Assembly (NCBI RefSeq): GCF_015706575.1
Contig: NW_024037076.1
Coordinates: forward strand, 22,669,286 to 22,733,285
DNA length: 64,000 bases
Reading direction: 5' to 3'
From: Patiria miniata
Taxonomy: Eukaryota
Shown here piece after piece: positions 43,501-56,736 of this stretch. The stretch's first letter is position 1; the number at the start of each line of letters is the position of its first letter. The position numbers were made by a program, and so were the translations under genes. The notes beneath the pieces were generated by a model. That model was given only the letters and a program-made list of their open reading frames with translations. It was not told the DNA's origin and made no database searches.

Positions 43501-45790
43501 GGCTAACCTCTTGCAATTTTTGATGAAAAAAGCCATTTTTGATGAAAAATGTAAGGTTAACCCCTTGTTATTTTCGATGAAAAATGCCATTTTTGATGAA
43601 AAATGTAAGGCTAACCCCTTGCAATTTTTGATGAAAAATGCCATTTTTGATGAAAAATGTAAGGTTAACCCCTTGCAATTTTTGATGAAAAATTCCATTT
43701 TTGATGAAAAATGTAAGGTTAACCCCTTGCAATTTTTGATGAAAAATGTCGAAAAATGTAAGATTAACCCCTTGTTATTTTTGATCAAAAATGTAAGGTT
43801 AACCCCTTGCAATTTTTGATGAAAAATGTAAGGTTAACCCCTTGCAATTTTTGATGAAAAATGTCGAAAAATGTAAGGCTAACCCCTTGCAATTTTTGAT
43901 GAAAAATGCCATTTTTGATGAAAAATGTAAGGTTAACCCCTTGCAATTTTTGATGAAAAATGCCAGTTTTGATGAAAAATGTAAGGTTAACCCCTTGCAA
44001 TTTTTGATGAAAAATGCCATTTTTGATGAAAAATGTAAGGTTAACCCCTTGCAATTTTTGATGAAAAATGTCGAAAAATGTAAGGATAACCCCTTGTTAT
44101 TTTTGATGAAAAATGTCGTTTTTGATGAAAAATGTAAGGTTAACCCCTTGCAATTTTTGATGAAAAATGCCGTTTTTGATGAAAAATGTAAGGTTAACCC
44201 CTTGCAATTTTTGATGAAAAATGTCGAAAAATGTAAGGCTAACCCCTTGCAATTTTTGATGAAAAATGCCATTTTTGATGAAAAATGTAAGATTAACCCC
44301 TTGTTATTTTTGATCAAAAATGTAAGGTTAACCCCTTGCAATTTTTGATGAAAAATGCCATTTTTGATGAAAAATGTAAGGTTAACCCCTTGCAATTTTT
44401 GATGAAAAATGTCGAAAAATGTAAGGCTAACCCCTTGCAATTTTTGATGAAAAATGCCATTTTTGATGAAAAATGTAAGGCTAACCCCTTGCAATTTTTG
44501 ATGAAAAAAGCCATTTTTGATGAAAAATGTAAGGTTAACCCCTTGTTATTTTCGATGAAAAATGCCGTTTTTGATGAAAAATGTAAGGTTAACCCCTTGC
44601 AATTTTTGATGAAAAATGCCATTTTTGATGAAAAATGTAAGGTTAACCCCTTGTTATTTTTGATGAAAAATGCCATTTTTGATGAAAAATGTAAGGTTAA
44701 CCCCTTGTTATTTTTGATGAAAAATGCCGTTTTTGATGCAAAATGTAAAGTTTACCCCTTGCAATTTTTGATGAAAAATGTAAGGTTAACCCCTTGCAAT
44801 TTTTGATGAAAAATGCCATTTTTGATGAAAAATGTAAGGTTAACCGCTTGCAATTTTTGATGAAAAATGTCGAAAAATGTAAGGCTAACCCCTTGTTATT
44901 TTTGATGAAAAATGCCGTTTTTGATGCAAAATGTAAAGTTTACCCCTTGCAATTTTTGATGAAAAATGCCATTTTTGATGAAAAATGTAAGGTTAACCCC
45001 TTGCAATTTTTGATGAAAAATGCCATTTTTGATGAAAAATGTAAGGTTAACCCCTTGCAATTTTTGATGAAAAATGTAAGGTTAACCCCTTGCAATTTTC
45101 GATGAAAAATGCCATTTTTGATGAAAAATGTAAGGCTAACCCCTTGCAATTTTTGATGAAAAATGCCATTTTTGATGAAAAATGTAAGGTAAACCCCTTG
45201 TTATTTTCGATGAAAAATGCCATTTTTGATGAAAAATGTAAGGTTAACCGCTTGCAATTTTTGATGAAAAATGTCGAAAAATGTAAGGCTAACCCCTTGC
45301 AATTTTTGATGAAAAATGCCATTTTTGATGCAAAATGTAAGGTTAACCCCTTGTTATTTTTGATGAAAAATGCCATTTTTGATGAAAAATGTAAGGTTAA
45401 CCCCTTGCAATTTTTGATGAAAAATGTAAGGTTAACCCCTTGCAATTTTTGATGAAAAATGCCGGTTTTTTTCATGAAAATTGCCGTTTTTGATGCAAAA
45501 TGTAAGGTTAACCCCTTGTTATTTTCGATGAAAAATGCCATTTTTGATGCAAAATGTAAGGTTAACCCCTTGTTATTTTCGATGAAAAATGCCATTTTTA
45601 ATGCAAAATGTAAGGTTAACCCCTTGCAATTTTGGATGAAAAAATGCTGTGTTTGATGAAAAATGTAAGGCTAACCCCTTGCAAATTTTGATGAAAAATG
45701 CCGTTTTTTTTCCATGAAAATTGCCGTTTTTGATGCAAAATGTAAGGTTAACCCCTTGCAATTTTTGATGAAAAATTTCAAAGGGACATT
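40556..45790 (+). repeat. 54-bp AT-rich satellite (~95 copies, 5.2 kb) with higher-order periodicity, downstream of MVP
   Basis: Unit CTTGCAATTTTTGATGAAAAATGCCATTTTTGATGAAAAATGTAAGGTTAACCC, with variants (CCGAAAAATG in place of the second sub-repeat; 35-45-bp short units). A marker variant AAGATTAACCCCTTGTTATTTTTGATCAAAAATG recurs at ~42655, 43310, 43765 and 44290, giving ~455-655-bp spacing. The long ORFs on both strands are repeat artefacts. Confidence 0.9.
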
Positions 45791-47517
45791 AACCTTGCAT
45801 TTTTCATAAAATAACAAGGGTTTACGTACCATTTGACTTCATTTTGTCAACATTTTAACCCCACACGCCACTAAAGTAAATGAGATGTTTAAATCCTCAA
45901 CTATACTTACAAATTTTAATTTTTTCATATAACAGGTTACAGCAACTCTGCAAAGTTTCATTCATCAATTACTATTTTCTTTTGTGCGTTCTCTCACATG
46001 GCTGTACACTACCAGCTTATGTCACATATAGGTATACACAACAGGTATACACAACAGGTATACACATGAATAAATATAAAATTACCACCTCGTGAGTTTT
46101 TTTTTCAAATTGTATAACCATTTGTGGGGTGTACAAATGTAATACTGCTTGCAAAAATTCAAAATTAAAATCCTGTCGTCTTTTTTTTGTTTTGCATAAA
46201 TTGAATTCAAAATAGTCACAAAATACTAAAAATAAAAACAAACTTCCTCAAAGATTTTGAAAAACTTATCCACAAAGTTACCTTCAATATCACAAACACT
46301 ATGTAAAACACCAAGTCTCTAAATATTCTGAACATCAACTGATAGTTTGACGTAACACAATATTGAAGACATTGAAGAAGACATGAGTACGGCAGCAACT
46401 CAGAATTCAAAATTCCACTGGAAATACTGCTTGATTAGATTGATTAGAAAACACTGTTTTCAACTGAACAGAGCCAGGGAAATGTTACTCCTTTTTTGCT
46501 GGATTTGTTAGAGAATCTGACCTGATTACGAATGAACTGTATTCTGCCCCAAAACATCAGGAAAATTCCAGGTTTTGACATGCTGCATTTAAAGCAAATC
46601 CGTATGGAGTTGAACACCTTAATCACAAATCTATGATTACTCAAGTATATCGTTTACACAAGTAGTCTGAACCTTCATTTGCATGGTTAACTCAATCTTA
46701 ACCAGTCTGTAAACCACTGCAATACAACATATGAACACAGAGTTATTTTACCACAAAGAGAAACTCATTATACAAGGGCTGATCTTTAGAGTTGCTACTA
46801 AATGAATATCGGACTCAACTGTTAGCCCTGCCTATTGCTGTACTGCCCGAAACCACTCCAGCACTCTATGGTTTTATTGATCCTTTAGTGAGTAAACAAA
46901 ATGCACGGCAATATAGTACAAAGTGCTAATGGATTTCAAAGTCAAAGGGAAAAGCTAGTGCAGAGAATCCTAATGTTTGTATTATGCCGAGTGCATATTT
47001 CTCAACACACAAGTGAAGGCATCGTACTATTAATGCACCGAAAAATAAGAATGTGAAGATGACTGATATGTGAAGCACTTCTGTGTCAATACTTGAGTGC
47101 ATTCCTCTCACAAAAACATTTGCAAAAGATAAATAAATTTGGGCACACTGGGACGGAAATGGTTGCACACACAATGAAGTCACAGCAAAGAAACCGTTTA
47201 GCACATTTCATGTTTACTTTAACCTATGAACTTTACTCAGGATATAAAATGTATGAAAGTCTCACACAGGCATTTGTATTAACGGCTATGCAATGCAAAG
47301 CATCTGTGTCCTAAACAAAGCCGCAGCCACTAAATACGCGATTCAGAAACAGATTCAGCAAGTCGTACAATTTTACATATATTTTTCTTTTAAAAAAGTT
47401 AAAGGAAGAGGTGAAAATGCATTCACAAATAAACAATACAGTACCTTGAAAGAAGAGTACATGTACTCCATGGCCCTCATAGGAATAATACAAATGGTGT
47501 TACTTCTATGTCCGACA

Positions 47518-47614
47518 TCACAAACCCTTATTGAAGTAGACCCTATCAATACCTCCGCCCCTTTCTTTGATGGTTGCTTGGAGTTCTGGTTCTAACCGGC
47601 TGGATCCAATGGAG
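47518..47614 (-). CDS. SFXN1: Sideroflexin last coding exon
   Basis: Translates (S)SIGSSRLEPELQATIKERGGGIDRVYFNKGL*. Human SFXN1 has SSMSVTSLEAELQAKIQESHPELRRVYFNKGL*. Confidence 0.85.
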
Positions 47615-48319
47615 CTGTATCATACAAACAATCAAAAGAGGAATATGGCATCAATTAAAAAGTCACACAATGAGTTATTAACAGGGTAGTTAACAATCAG
47701 TACAGCCTTTGTACCAAGCAGCCCCTTCAACGAAATGCACACAAAGAATGTCTTGGGAATATTGCATTGCAAAATGGCATGACTAACAAATCTGCAACAC
47801 ACTGGCGCATGCTCTTTGACAGAAACAAAAAAGCTGTTCTGAAAAACGTTAGTCACATACACGTACACATGCAATTGATGGCACTAGGCGTTGACCACAG
47901 GTCGATCACACGGTTCGGTAGAATCAAGGCCACGTTCAAATTGATCTATTGATCAGGCCCAGTTTCTTTGCTGCACAATTTTTTTACAGGCTTGCTTGCA
48001 AGCTGTATGATACATGCGTGGCTTCAAAAGCTGCAGTGGGCCAAAAGTGCAGAAACCAGGCATGCTCGTGTCACACACGCATGTGCACACTCAAATCTGC
48101 TCGGGAAATCCCAAGCAGAAATGTCAAGTTCCCAAGACGTTCTCTGCGGCCTGTTGGCATGTGTGTAAAGGGCCCTCGCTTCAATAAATCCCTGCATAGT
48201 CCAAAACCCTGTGAGCGCTAATACATCGCGCCTCTAAGGACGTTATGGATTTAAGACTAACCAACTATGAGTAAATCAACTCAGTGCATGGAGGAATGGA
48301 GATCTCAAACATCACTCAC

Positions 48320-48367
48320 CTTTTCTGAGGGAAGAGAGCACAGCACATGGGTGTTGCAAAAACCAGT
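48320..48367 (-). CDS. SFXN1: Sideroflexin exon
   Basis: Translates (T)LVFATPMCCALFPQK. SFXN1 has CLVFATPLCCALFPQK. Confidence 0.8.
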
Positions 48368-48730
48368 CTGAAGAGGTAACATCAAAGAATTACAATTAGC
48401 TTTAACATTTATTTAAAAACGTTCAATATTCACACCCAAAAAGCGTCCTTCCCTTGTACCATACCTTGTAATGACTCCCTACAATGGAAACTGTACAATT
48501 ATTTCGATTTTAATTTTACCAAGAAAACAAGGCAAGATGTAAATGGCAAGAACCATAAAGTACAATGTGTTGGATGGCAACAGGTTCTAATAACATTGCA
48601 GTGATTTAAGTATATAGATTAAGAAGTTGTAGTTGTACCCAAGTGTTTAAAAGCTGATTTTCAATCACCTTGTATGCTCCTGGTACTTATAGACAACCAC
48701 ATTGCTCAACCAAGCTTGATCAATACTCAC

Positions 48731-48830
48731 GTCAGACCAACTAGAAGGACTTGTATGGGTGCATTCATGACTGGGTATCGCTTCAAGAAAGAACCTTGCT
48801 CCATTTTATGGATGATAATTGGTGGTAAAC
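48731..48830 (-). CDS. SFXN1: Sideroflexin exon
   Basis: Translates SLPPIIIHKMEQGSFLKRYPVMNAPIQVLLVGL. SFXN1 has [33 protein letters not shown]. Confidence 0.85.
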
Positions 48831-48995
48831 CTACAACAAACATAAAACAGCAAAAAATAATCTTGGTGAATGATGATTGACGTTCTAAACTCTCCTTTAG
48901 CGAAAGCATTGGACAAAGCAAAGATTTACAAAATAAAGAAACCAACATACATACAATGGGAGTAATGGAACATAGACTTGCATCAGTCTACTTAC

Positions 48996-49209
48996 TCATG
49001 CCAGGTAAAGCCATGCATATCCTGGAGAAGACAACTTGTGTAATTGCTTTACGCGCTGCAATCTTGGAATCTCCAATCCTGTTACCGTCTTTGTCAAATA
49101 CTGGGATGCCGTTCTGTAATTCCTGTTTCCTCATCATTGGGATGTTGATGCAGTTGGCTGCTGCGACGGCAACGAAAGGAACAAACCGACCAACAATCGC
49201 TGGAGCTTT
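48996..49209 (-). CDS. SFXN1: Sideroflexin exon
   Basis: Translates [75 protein letters not shown]1 has [60 protein letters not shown]. Confidence 0.9.
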
Positions 49210-50230
49210 CTGGAGAATTTAAAGAAGGGAATCAATAGTTAGATTAATCAATTGATCAAGTAAACTGGCTAAACTGCCATAGTTGTAGTCAAGTTAACTT
49301 AAGTCAGGCCACAACTGACAACGGATGAAAAAAGACAAAGGATTGACTTTGTCGAAATGGTTTCAATATATTAGCTTATGACTTTTGAAGACACAGTGCC
49401 ATCCATTAAATCGTCACCGACACCAGGAAGTAACACTCCACGTGTTAAACCATATTTTTTTATTTTCAGTTTTTCACATTTTTAAACATTATTCATCAAG
49501 GCCTACCATTACACAAAGTTTCAAAGCTTCAAGAGCTTTACTTTAATAATTACGCTTATTATCCATGGCAACATTTGCGCAAAAGTGACAATTTTCGTTT
49601 TCACGAAGTAACACTCAAGTTCCATTTACCATTGTAATGCATGGCGCGCACTCTGCTCAAATGCGAGAAAAATCGTTTTCATGAAGTAACACTCTCCTTG
49701 TATGAGCGCACGCACTCTGACCTGAAGTAGCACTCTCCTAGTGTTGCTACTTCGTGAAAACAAACTTTACAGTTTTGCAGCTTTTTCGGTTCCACGAACT
49801 AGCACTAACCTTTTTTCTCTTATTTCTTGTTGATTTATTATAGAAACGGGCAAAAAACAGCAAATTTAATCAATTCAATACATCAAGTGTCCACAACGAG
49901 AAACCCCACTGAAAATACTCTGACGTTTTGACACAAAGTGTTGTTTTAGAAGGCGTTCAACTTAAGATGCCGTTTTCTCCGATTGCTAGTTTTTACTGGC
50001 ATGTACATGGGTGTTACTTCGTGGTGTCGCTGACGAAATGTTTGACATTTACAAACACTAAGACTCATCTTTCTGTTAATGGTATTTGATGAGAATTGTG
50101 AATTAAATACATGGAGTATGGAATGCAAAAGCAACAAGCTTAAAATTATTATCAATAATTTTTTTAACGAAGCTATTTCTTGAATGATTTGAGGTAAAGG
50201 AGGGAGTCATCTGACAAACGATAGGCTTAC

Positions 50231-50306
50231 CTTAACTACACTGTTTAAACCTACAGCTGTTGTGACTGCACCAGTGGTTGCTAGTGTGTATGATAGACCA
50301 AGTTGG
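50231..50306 (-). CDS. SFXN1: Sideroflexin exon
   Basis: Translates (S)QLGLSYTLATTGAVTTAVGLNSVVK. SFXN1 has ELGTAYVSATTGAVATALGLNALTK. Confidence 0.85.
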
Positions 50307-50731
50307 CTAAAACATGAACATGAAAAACAACATTTAATGTGTTGCTTGTGAAACAAAAATAACAGGTATGGACAGGTTTAGTTCAATAGAATTTGATGGA
50401 CCCTGATGGGATTAAGGAGGATAAAAAGGTGGCACCAAGTTTTAAAAAATTGGAGTGATATGGTATTGATTGAAATGAAGAACAATGATGTTGGAAATGT
50501 TATGACAGGGCTGGTGGCTTTGTGTGATCATTAAATATTCAAATCGATTTGAAAAATAAAAATATCTGAATTGAATACTAAAGTTGTCTAATATTATAAG
50601 GTAGACAAATATGAGCTTAAATTTAATCGTGAGACAATTTAATTAACAAATATCTGTGAAGGGAAGATTGCTTTCTGGAGTAAAGATCAACATGTATGTC
50701 GGATTGAAGCCATTTATTGACACATACATAC

Positions 50732-50830
50732 CTGTTTGATATCGGTGAGTCACCACTTCTGTTGGTGTAATTAACGACTGCATTGAAGGATTGATTGAAC
50801 CACTGCCAAAATAAGACTGCTGGTGTGGTT
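50732..50830 (-). CDS. SFXN1: Sideroflexin exon
   Basis: Translates (R)[32 protein letters not shown], identical in core to [32 protein letters not shown]. Confidence 0.9.
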
Positions 50831-51305
50831 CTGAAAAAAAAAAAACCATAATAAATAACAAAAATGTACCACATAGAAAAAAAATTTACAGGCAAGGCAA
50901 GAACCTAACATGAATATACTTACTTTTCTTCATAATACGAAAAACAACAATGTATTAATGTAAACATTATTTTAAAGTGTGCAAACATTCTTGTCGTTCT
51001 TTGTTTTGTGTGTAAAAGTAATAATATTAAGGCTGGACTTCAGAAAAATAACTATGAAGTAAAATATTACAGGGAAATAAAAGCATAAATTTTGTTTTAA
51101 TGAGAAGGAGCAGTTCATATGTTTGTCTTTTTTATATCTTTTTGTATTTACTTTCTACCTTGTTCCAAGTTTAACTGTAATTATTTTGATGAATAGTTTT
51201 TGATAATATGTAACTTGAATGAAGGAACAATGTCTTATAGTTACATGTATTAGGTACAACATAATTTGATTGATTTGTTCTTGAAGAAAGAAAGATCAAT
51301 CTAAC

Positions 51306-51473
51306 CTGTAGAATGTCAGCATGCATCCAGTAATGGTCATATTCATAGGAACCTGTGCTGACATCCTGCCTATTAACATCATCTTCTCCTTCGTGTCTGG
51401 ATGAAACGCTGAGTCATAGCGATACTTAGCTTGCCATAGTTGGGCTTCCGTAGCATTCGGCAATTGACCGCGT
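51306..51473 (-). CDS. SFXN1: Sideroflexin exon
   Basis: Translates (K)[59 protein letters not shown]1 has [44 protein letters not shown]. Confidence 0.9.
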
Positions 51474-52275
51474 CTTAACCATGGAAAAAGAATTGATGAT
51501 GAAGATGTTTATATGAGAACACACCACATTTCACATATTGCCTTGTATGCCTTTTTTGCTGTCACTGAATTTCACATTAATAAATCCTTTCCATATCTTT
51601 TCACATAAAATGTACTTTAAATACAAGCTGTTATGACATAATTAAGTGTCTCTTAATAATGAAAGGTTTGCGGAAACACCATGTGCGAATAATTTCTCAA
51701 CTAAGAGAATGGTCCTGAAAAGAACCTGAGGTAGGTGTCTCTTGAGTTCAGTAATCTTCCTTCTTTCCTTGCATACGGATCACGCCATACAGCAACATTC
51801 AATAGTGTTCTGCTTGTCTGCTAGTCAGTCTTTTTCTTGCATCATCTGTCATCAAAGTTTTACTTATTTTGTATTTCATCTATATTCTCATTCTTTACTA
51901 GCCCCACAAATGTGGCTGAAGTACTGGACTTCCTCCGTACTAGTAAGCCACACAACCTTGATACACTATGTCACTGATGCAATTTGGCAAAGTTGACGTA
52001 TGCTTATTGGAAAGCACGGGTATCATGACCCTTGACCTCAACCAGATTACAGGAATATGGATGCTACGGTTTTTTTCTGCCCGAAAGCCGTCCGACTTTT
52101 GACCAATATTACAGGATAACTAGACCTCTGAATATACAGAATTCAAAGTTTTTTTAACTTGGGTGATTTTCAAGTGACGGCCATATCCACATACATAGTA
52201 AATCATGGTTGTGCGGTTTACTAGTACAGAGGAAGTCTACTTAAGCCACATTTATAGGGCTCATTCTTTACTTAC

Positions 52276-52439
52276 TTGTAAGCTTCAACGGTGTTCTTTG
52301 CCTCGTCAAGTTCAAGATTTGTCAGAAATACATTCAGAGGATTTGTGACAGTAAAGAAATGTTTGGCTCGTCCAAGGTACGTGGACTGGTCCCACTTTGG
52401 TTCATTTAGGTTCAGCTTAAGTGCAGTGGCGTCTGTCAT
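52276..52439 (-). CDS. SFXN1: Sideroflexin first coding exon
   Basis: ATG at 52439. Translates MTDATALKLNLNEPKWDQSTYLGRAKHFFTVTNPLNVFLTNLELDEAKNTVEAY. SFXN1 begins [51 protein letters not shown]. Confidence 0.85.
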
Positions 52440-54989
52440 TTTTAGTTGTCAGCCTCGCTGGTATGGCTTTGGAAAGTAAACAAAACATAACAAGTGAACT
52501 TAAGGTATGATTGCCCATAGAATGTAGTGCAGTGTGTTCATGCACACTGCAGTCTGAATAACTTTACTGGTGTCTTCTCTTCTTCATGAAAAAACCTTTA
52601 ATGGTTTACAATATGATAAAAATAAATCATAACTTGCAAAAAAGGAAATACATAACTTGGAAAAGAAATACATAACTTGGCATGGAAATATACAACTTGG
52701 CAAAGAACCAATTTGCTTGTCTATTCAGTTTGCCAATTGTGATTAACATGAATTGAGGAAGTTCATTCAAGGGTACCACAATGTATGAATCATTCTTGTG
52801 AATGCCACAGACCTTATTGTGCATATCAGTTGAGCAATTAGGAAAGAAAACAAGTCAGGCAAGGACATTGCATTTTATCTATTAAAAATATTGTTCAAGA
52901 TAAGCTAAACTTGGTATGGACTAGACCCGCTTACCATGGCATCAGAACTCCTTTTTTTCGAATTGTTTTATTCGGTCTGTCGTCTTAGCGCCCCAGTTAG
53001 TGGGTCTAGGTATGGATTTGGTTGCTAAAGTCAAATTATGTGTACCAGGCGCGGACCCAGAGGGGAGTTTTAGGGGTCGGAAAAAAAACCTGCTCTGACA
53101 CACACACACACAGAACTTTTTTCTACAGCACTTTCAATTGGTCTTTCTGGTCTTACAGTTCTGGAAGTGGGGTTTGTGCACAGGGTGACAAGTGATGGCC
53201 AGATATGGGAATCATTCCGGTACTTAAGTAAAATTGGCCTAATTTATTTATGGGGCTAATCTTCCCGTATATAAGATCTTTGCCGGAAAGAATTCCATAT
53301 ACGTACGCCACTTGACACCCTGTGTACAAACCCTATGATACTGGTCTGAAAAATTCTAAATGTTTTCCAACTAAAAAGTAAATGCTTCAAATTATTTTCC
53401 CTGCTAAATTTCACTATTTAGGACATGTTAATTGTTATCCCTCTCTGATGATGAAGGAATCATTGCAGGAAAAAACTAGTGGCGTCCATATATGGAATTT
53501 TTCCTAAAGTAAAAGAAACACTTTGGAAAGATTCCCATATCTGGTCATCACTTGTCACCCTGTGCACAAACCTTATGAGACTGGTTGGAAAATGTTTGTG
53601 TTTTCTCAGTAAATATTTCAATATTTCCCAGCTAAATTTGATTTTTTTTAAGGGCATATTATCATTTTCTGATGGCTAATAGATCACTGAAGGGAAAATT
53701 GGTGATGGCCAGATATGGGAATCTTTCCAACACTTTTAACAACTTATTTTTGACTCACGAGTCTGAATCAATAACATCAACAAATATCACAACTGGTCAA
53801 CGACATGCACAACGTGAAAATCAAAGGTTCGTCATATTTTCCCCCCATATTTATGATTAAAGCCTATATTTATTCAGCATAAATCCTTCCGTTATTGTAC
53901 ACAAGTGTATACTTTGTTCTCTCAGTGACTTGATCAATGTCAGTGTTTACTTACCAATTTTCCGAAAAGAAATCAATTTTTTTCAAGCCAGACGTTTCGT
54001 TCGCCGGTCGAGAGCAAATACCGAACGCCCTCAACGACTCGACTACTACGTACGCGACGAGTGCCGATTGGTCAGGTTGGGAGGTGTGGCACTTAATATT
54101 CATACAAGTATCTGTCACAAGTTTTGATATTGATCACGAAACACGAACTTTAGTTAGTACAGAAAATATGCAAATCCTAAATGAGGATATGAGAAGGGCA
54201 AAGACATAAATTATATAATAAAAAAACCATCCCACTTTAACAGTTACCGTATATTGTGACTAGTTGATTTTCCACTGTGGAAATTGAAGGGAAAAACAGT
54301 AAATGTCAAACCTCAATGGAACAGGTTCAAAATTCGACCTAAGCAGAGTTTCGAGTTAAGCAGGCCGGGTTGTATATCATTGTTATACTACTGAAGGGAA
54401 TAGATTCTTTGTTCGTCTTAACAGTTGTTTTGAGTTATCAGAGTTTGACTTATCAAGATTCCACTGTAGTATAGCTTAAAGAAGTAATTCAATCTGAGGA
54501 TCAGGTCATTTAGTTGCCCATTTTACATTCAGGCATCACTTTGGATCCAACTTGATGTTCAGCTATAAACAACCAGCTTTTGTCTGAAGTAGTATTTTAA
54601 TGAAAGTTTCTCCCTCCAACAAAACTCTCACTGTTTGCCAATGTTATAATGGTTTGATAGCATTCGTCATGGAATAATTCAATCAAAGAAATATAGTCAT
54701 ACAAGTAGGAATAAGAAATAATACAAAGAAAAGGCTCAGTTTATTTCACGATTGAGTAAAAAGTAGAAAAAATATAACTTCCAAAAATGAAAGAACACTT
54801 GATTAAGCAACCCAAGAACACTTCCAGCATTCTTTAACCCTAACTCTCTAGGAGGTGTGCAAAATAATATTAAAATTGGAGGATTCAGGACTGTTACGGC
54901 TATCTACTATAATAGAAAGTAAGCTCACAATTAAAACTTGCAGTTTATCAAACACATAAATTCAAACTCAAATATTCAGTTCTGTATTA

Positions 54990-56280
54990 ATCTACAGAAT
55001 GATAAGAGTATTACTACCCATTACACTAGAAATCTACAGAAAAATGGGTATTACTATTACTACCCTTCAGACAAAAACTCTTTGTTTTAAATATAGTCTC
55101 ATCCCTTACATCAGTCTTTCAAATTCTCAGTAACTCTGGCCAAATCAACTCTTATAGTATTATTATTAGTTTATTACTACCCATCACACTAGAAATCTAC
55201 AGAAAAATGGTTATTACTAGTACTACCCTTCGTACAAAAACTCTTTGTTTTAAAAATAGTCTCATCCCTTACATCAGTCTTTCAAATTCTCAGTAACTCT
55301 GGCCAAATCAACCCGTATAGTATTATTATTAAGGGAATAAATGTGTGCTCCGGAGGTTTTTATCACTCGTTTAATACCGCTTAGAGTCTGGGTGCTGATA
55401 ATTACCCGAGCCGGAGGCGAGGGTAATTATCAGCACCCAGACTCTAAGCGGTATTAAACGAGTGATAAATACCGACTGAGCACATATTTATTCCCATTCA
55501 TAAATACCTTATCCGTAGAAAAATTTCAAATAATTCGTTCAAAAAATCCCGATTTTGTTCAACAAGTTCACTTTATGCTTTTTGAAACATCCCTCTAGCA
55601 AAATAATGGAGTGTTCAGCTGGCGAGTAAGATGTAAACAACCCTTTTATGGAGATTGACGCGCGCGTAACATGTTCTGCGTGATGTCACGCAGAACGCAC
55701 CTGGGGCGTTGCGTTTTGAATTTAGAACTATAAAATTCTGACTCGCTTGTAGTGTTGCGCATGCCTACGTGAGGATTGTGAACGTTCAACCAATGAAACG
55801 GTAAGAGGCACTGGATTTTTAGGAGTCCACATTTTATTGTGACACTGGAAAAGTGTTTAAGACCAGCTAGCCATGTCTTTATCATCCGTTTAATACCAGC
55901 CACGTGACGGGCTCTCGACCAATAGGAATACCTAAACTGTCTGAGGTATTTATGAATAGTATATTACTACCCATCACACTAGAAATCTACAGAAAAATGG
56001 GTATTACTAGTACTACCCTTCGTACAAAAACTCTGTTTTAAAAATAGTCTCATCCCTTACATCAGTCTTTCAAATTCTCAGTAACCCTGGCCAAATCAAC
56101 CTGTATAGTATTATTATTAGTATATTACTACCCATCACACTAGAAATCTACAGAAAAATGGGTATTACTAGTACTACCCTTCGTACAAAAACTCTGTTTT
56201 AAAAATAGTCTCATCCCTTACATCAGTCTTTCAAATTCTCAGTAACCCTGGCCAAATCAACCCGTATAGTTTTCTTATTT
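54990..56280 (+). repeat. ~170-bp tandem repeat (at least 5 copies) interrupted by nested insertions
   Basis: Unit TACTACCCATCACACTAGAAATCTACAGAAAAATGG[G/T]TATTACTAGTACTACCCTTCGTACAAAAACTCT..TCATCCCTTACATCAGTCTTTCAAATTCTCAGTAAC[T/C]CTGGCCAAATCAAC. Copies start near 55010, 55180, 55960 and 56130. Confidence 0.8.
55333..55495. mobile_element. Palindromic MITE nested in the 170-bp tandem array
   Basis: GGGAATAAATGTGTGCTC...CGAGCCGGAGGCGAG...GAGCACATATTTATTCCC. The ~75-bp arms are near-perfect reverse complements. A second element with CATTCATAAATACC / GGTATTTATGAATAG termini follows at ~55496-55956. Confidence 0.6.
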
Positions 56281-56583
56281 TATTGCCGAACAGAAGAGAC
56301 CAGATGTTCTTTTGCATTTTTGCTGTCATGTTTACCATTTATATTTAAATTTCAACTTCACTGTTGGCATTAATATTATGTATATAATATCGTCCACTTT
56401 AAAATGTATTACTTTTGTTAATAAAAATGATAATTTTTATATTTGTAACCATGTGCAATCTATAGCCGCAAGGATTGGATATTGGACACTATAAACCAGA
56501 ATAATGATGTGGTGTATTGAAGTTACAGGTCAGTTATAACTGATCATGTTACACATGTAAGTACCTGGCACTGAGCTATCAAT

Positions 56584-56736
56584 CTAAGATGCTGAAATTA
56601 TGTCAAAATTATCAAACTGCGCTGATGCATAGTTAGGCATTCCCATGGCAACGAATCCATGACTGGGGATTGTCTTAGGATCTAGTGATGCAGTGAACAC
56701 CGTCTTGCCTTGGACGAATCCTGTAGCTTTGCTGTC
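56584..56736 (-). CDS. GALC: Galactocerebrosidase last coding exon
   Basis: Translates DSKATGFVQGKTVFTASLDPKTIPSHGFVAMGMPNYASAQFDNFDIISAS*. Human GALC ends ...[33 protein letters not shown]. Confidence 0.8.
   Translation of the reverse strand, partial: DSKATGFVQGKTVFTASLDPKTIPSHGFVAMGMPNYASAQFDNFDIISAS

Noticed and set aside
40555-45761. More than 25 long ORFs on both strands (up to 258 aa, e.g. 41209-41985 and 42043-42714) with repetitive FLMKNAIFDEKCKVNPLQ or AFFIKNCKGLTLHFSSKM peptides.
   Set aside because: They have perfect 54-bp periodicity, are open in multiple frames on both strands at once, are extremely low in complexity and lack splice or start context. They are translations of the satellite, not genes.
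46926-48221. ORFs of 60-100 aa in the SFXN 3' UTR and last intron region.
   Set aside because: They have no recognisable domain or conservation and sit in the SFXN 3' UTR and last intron, whose coding exons account for the full sideroflexin protein.
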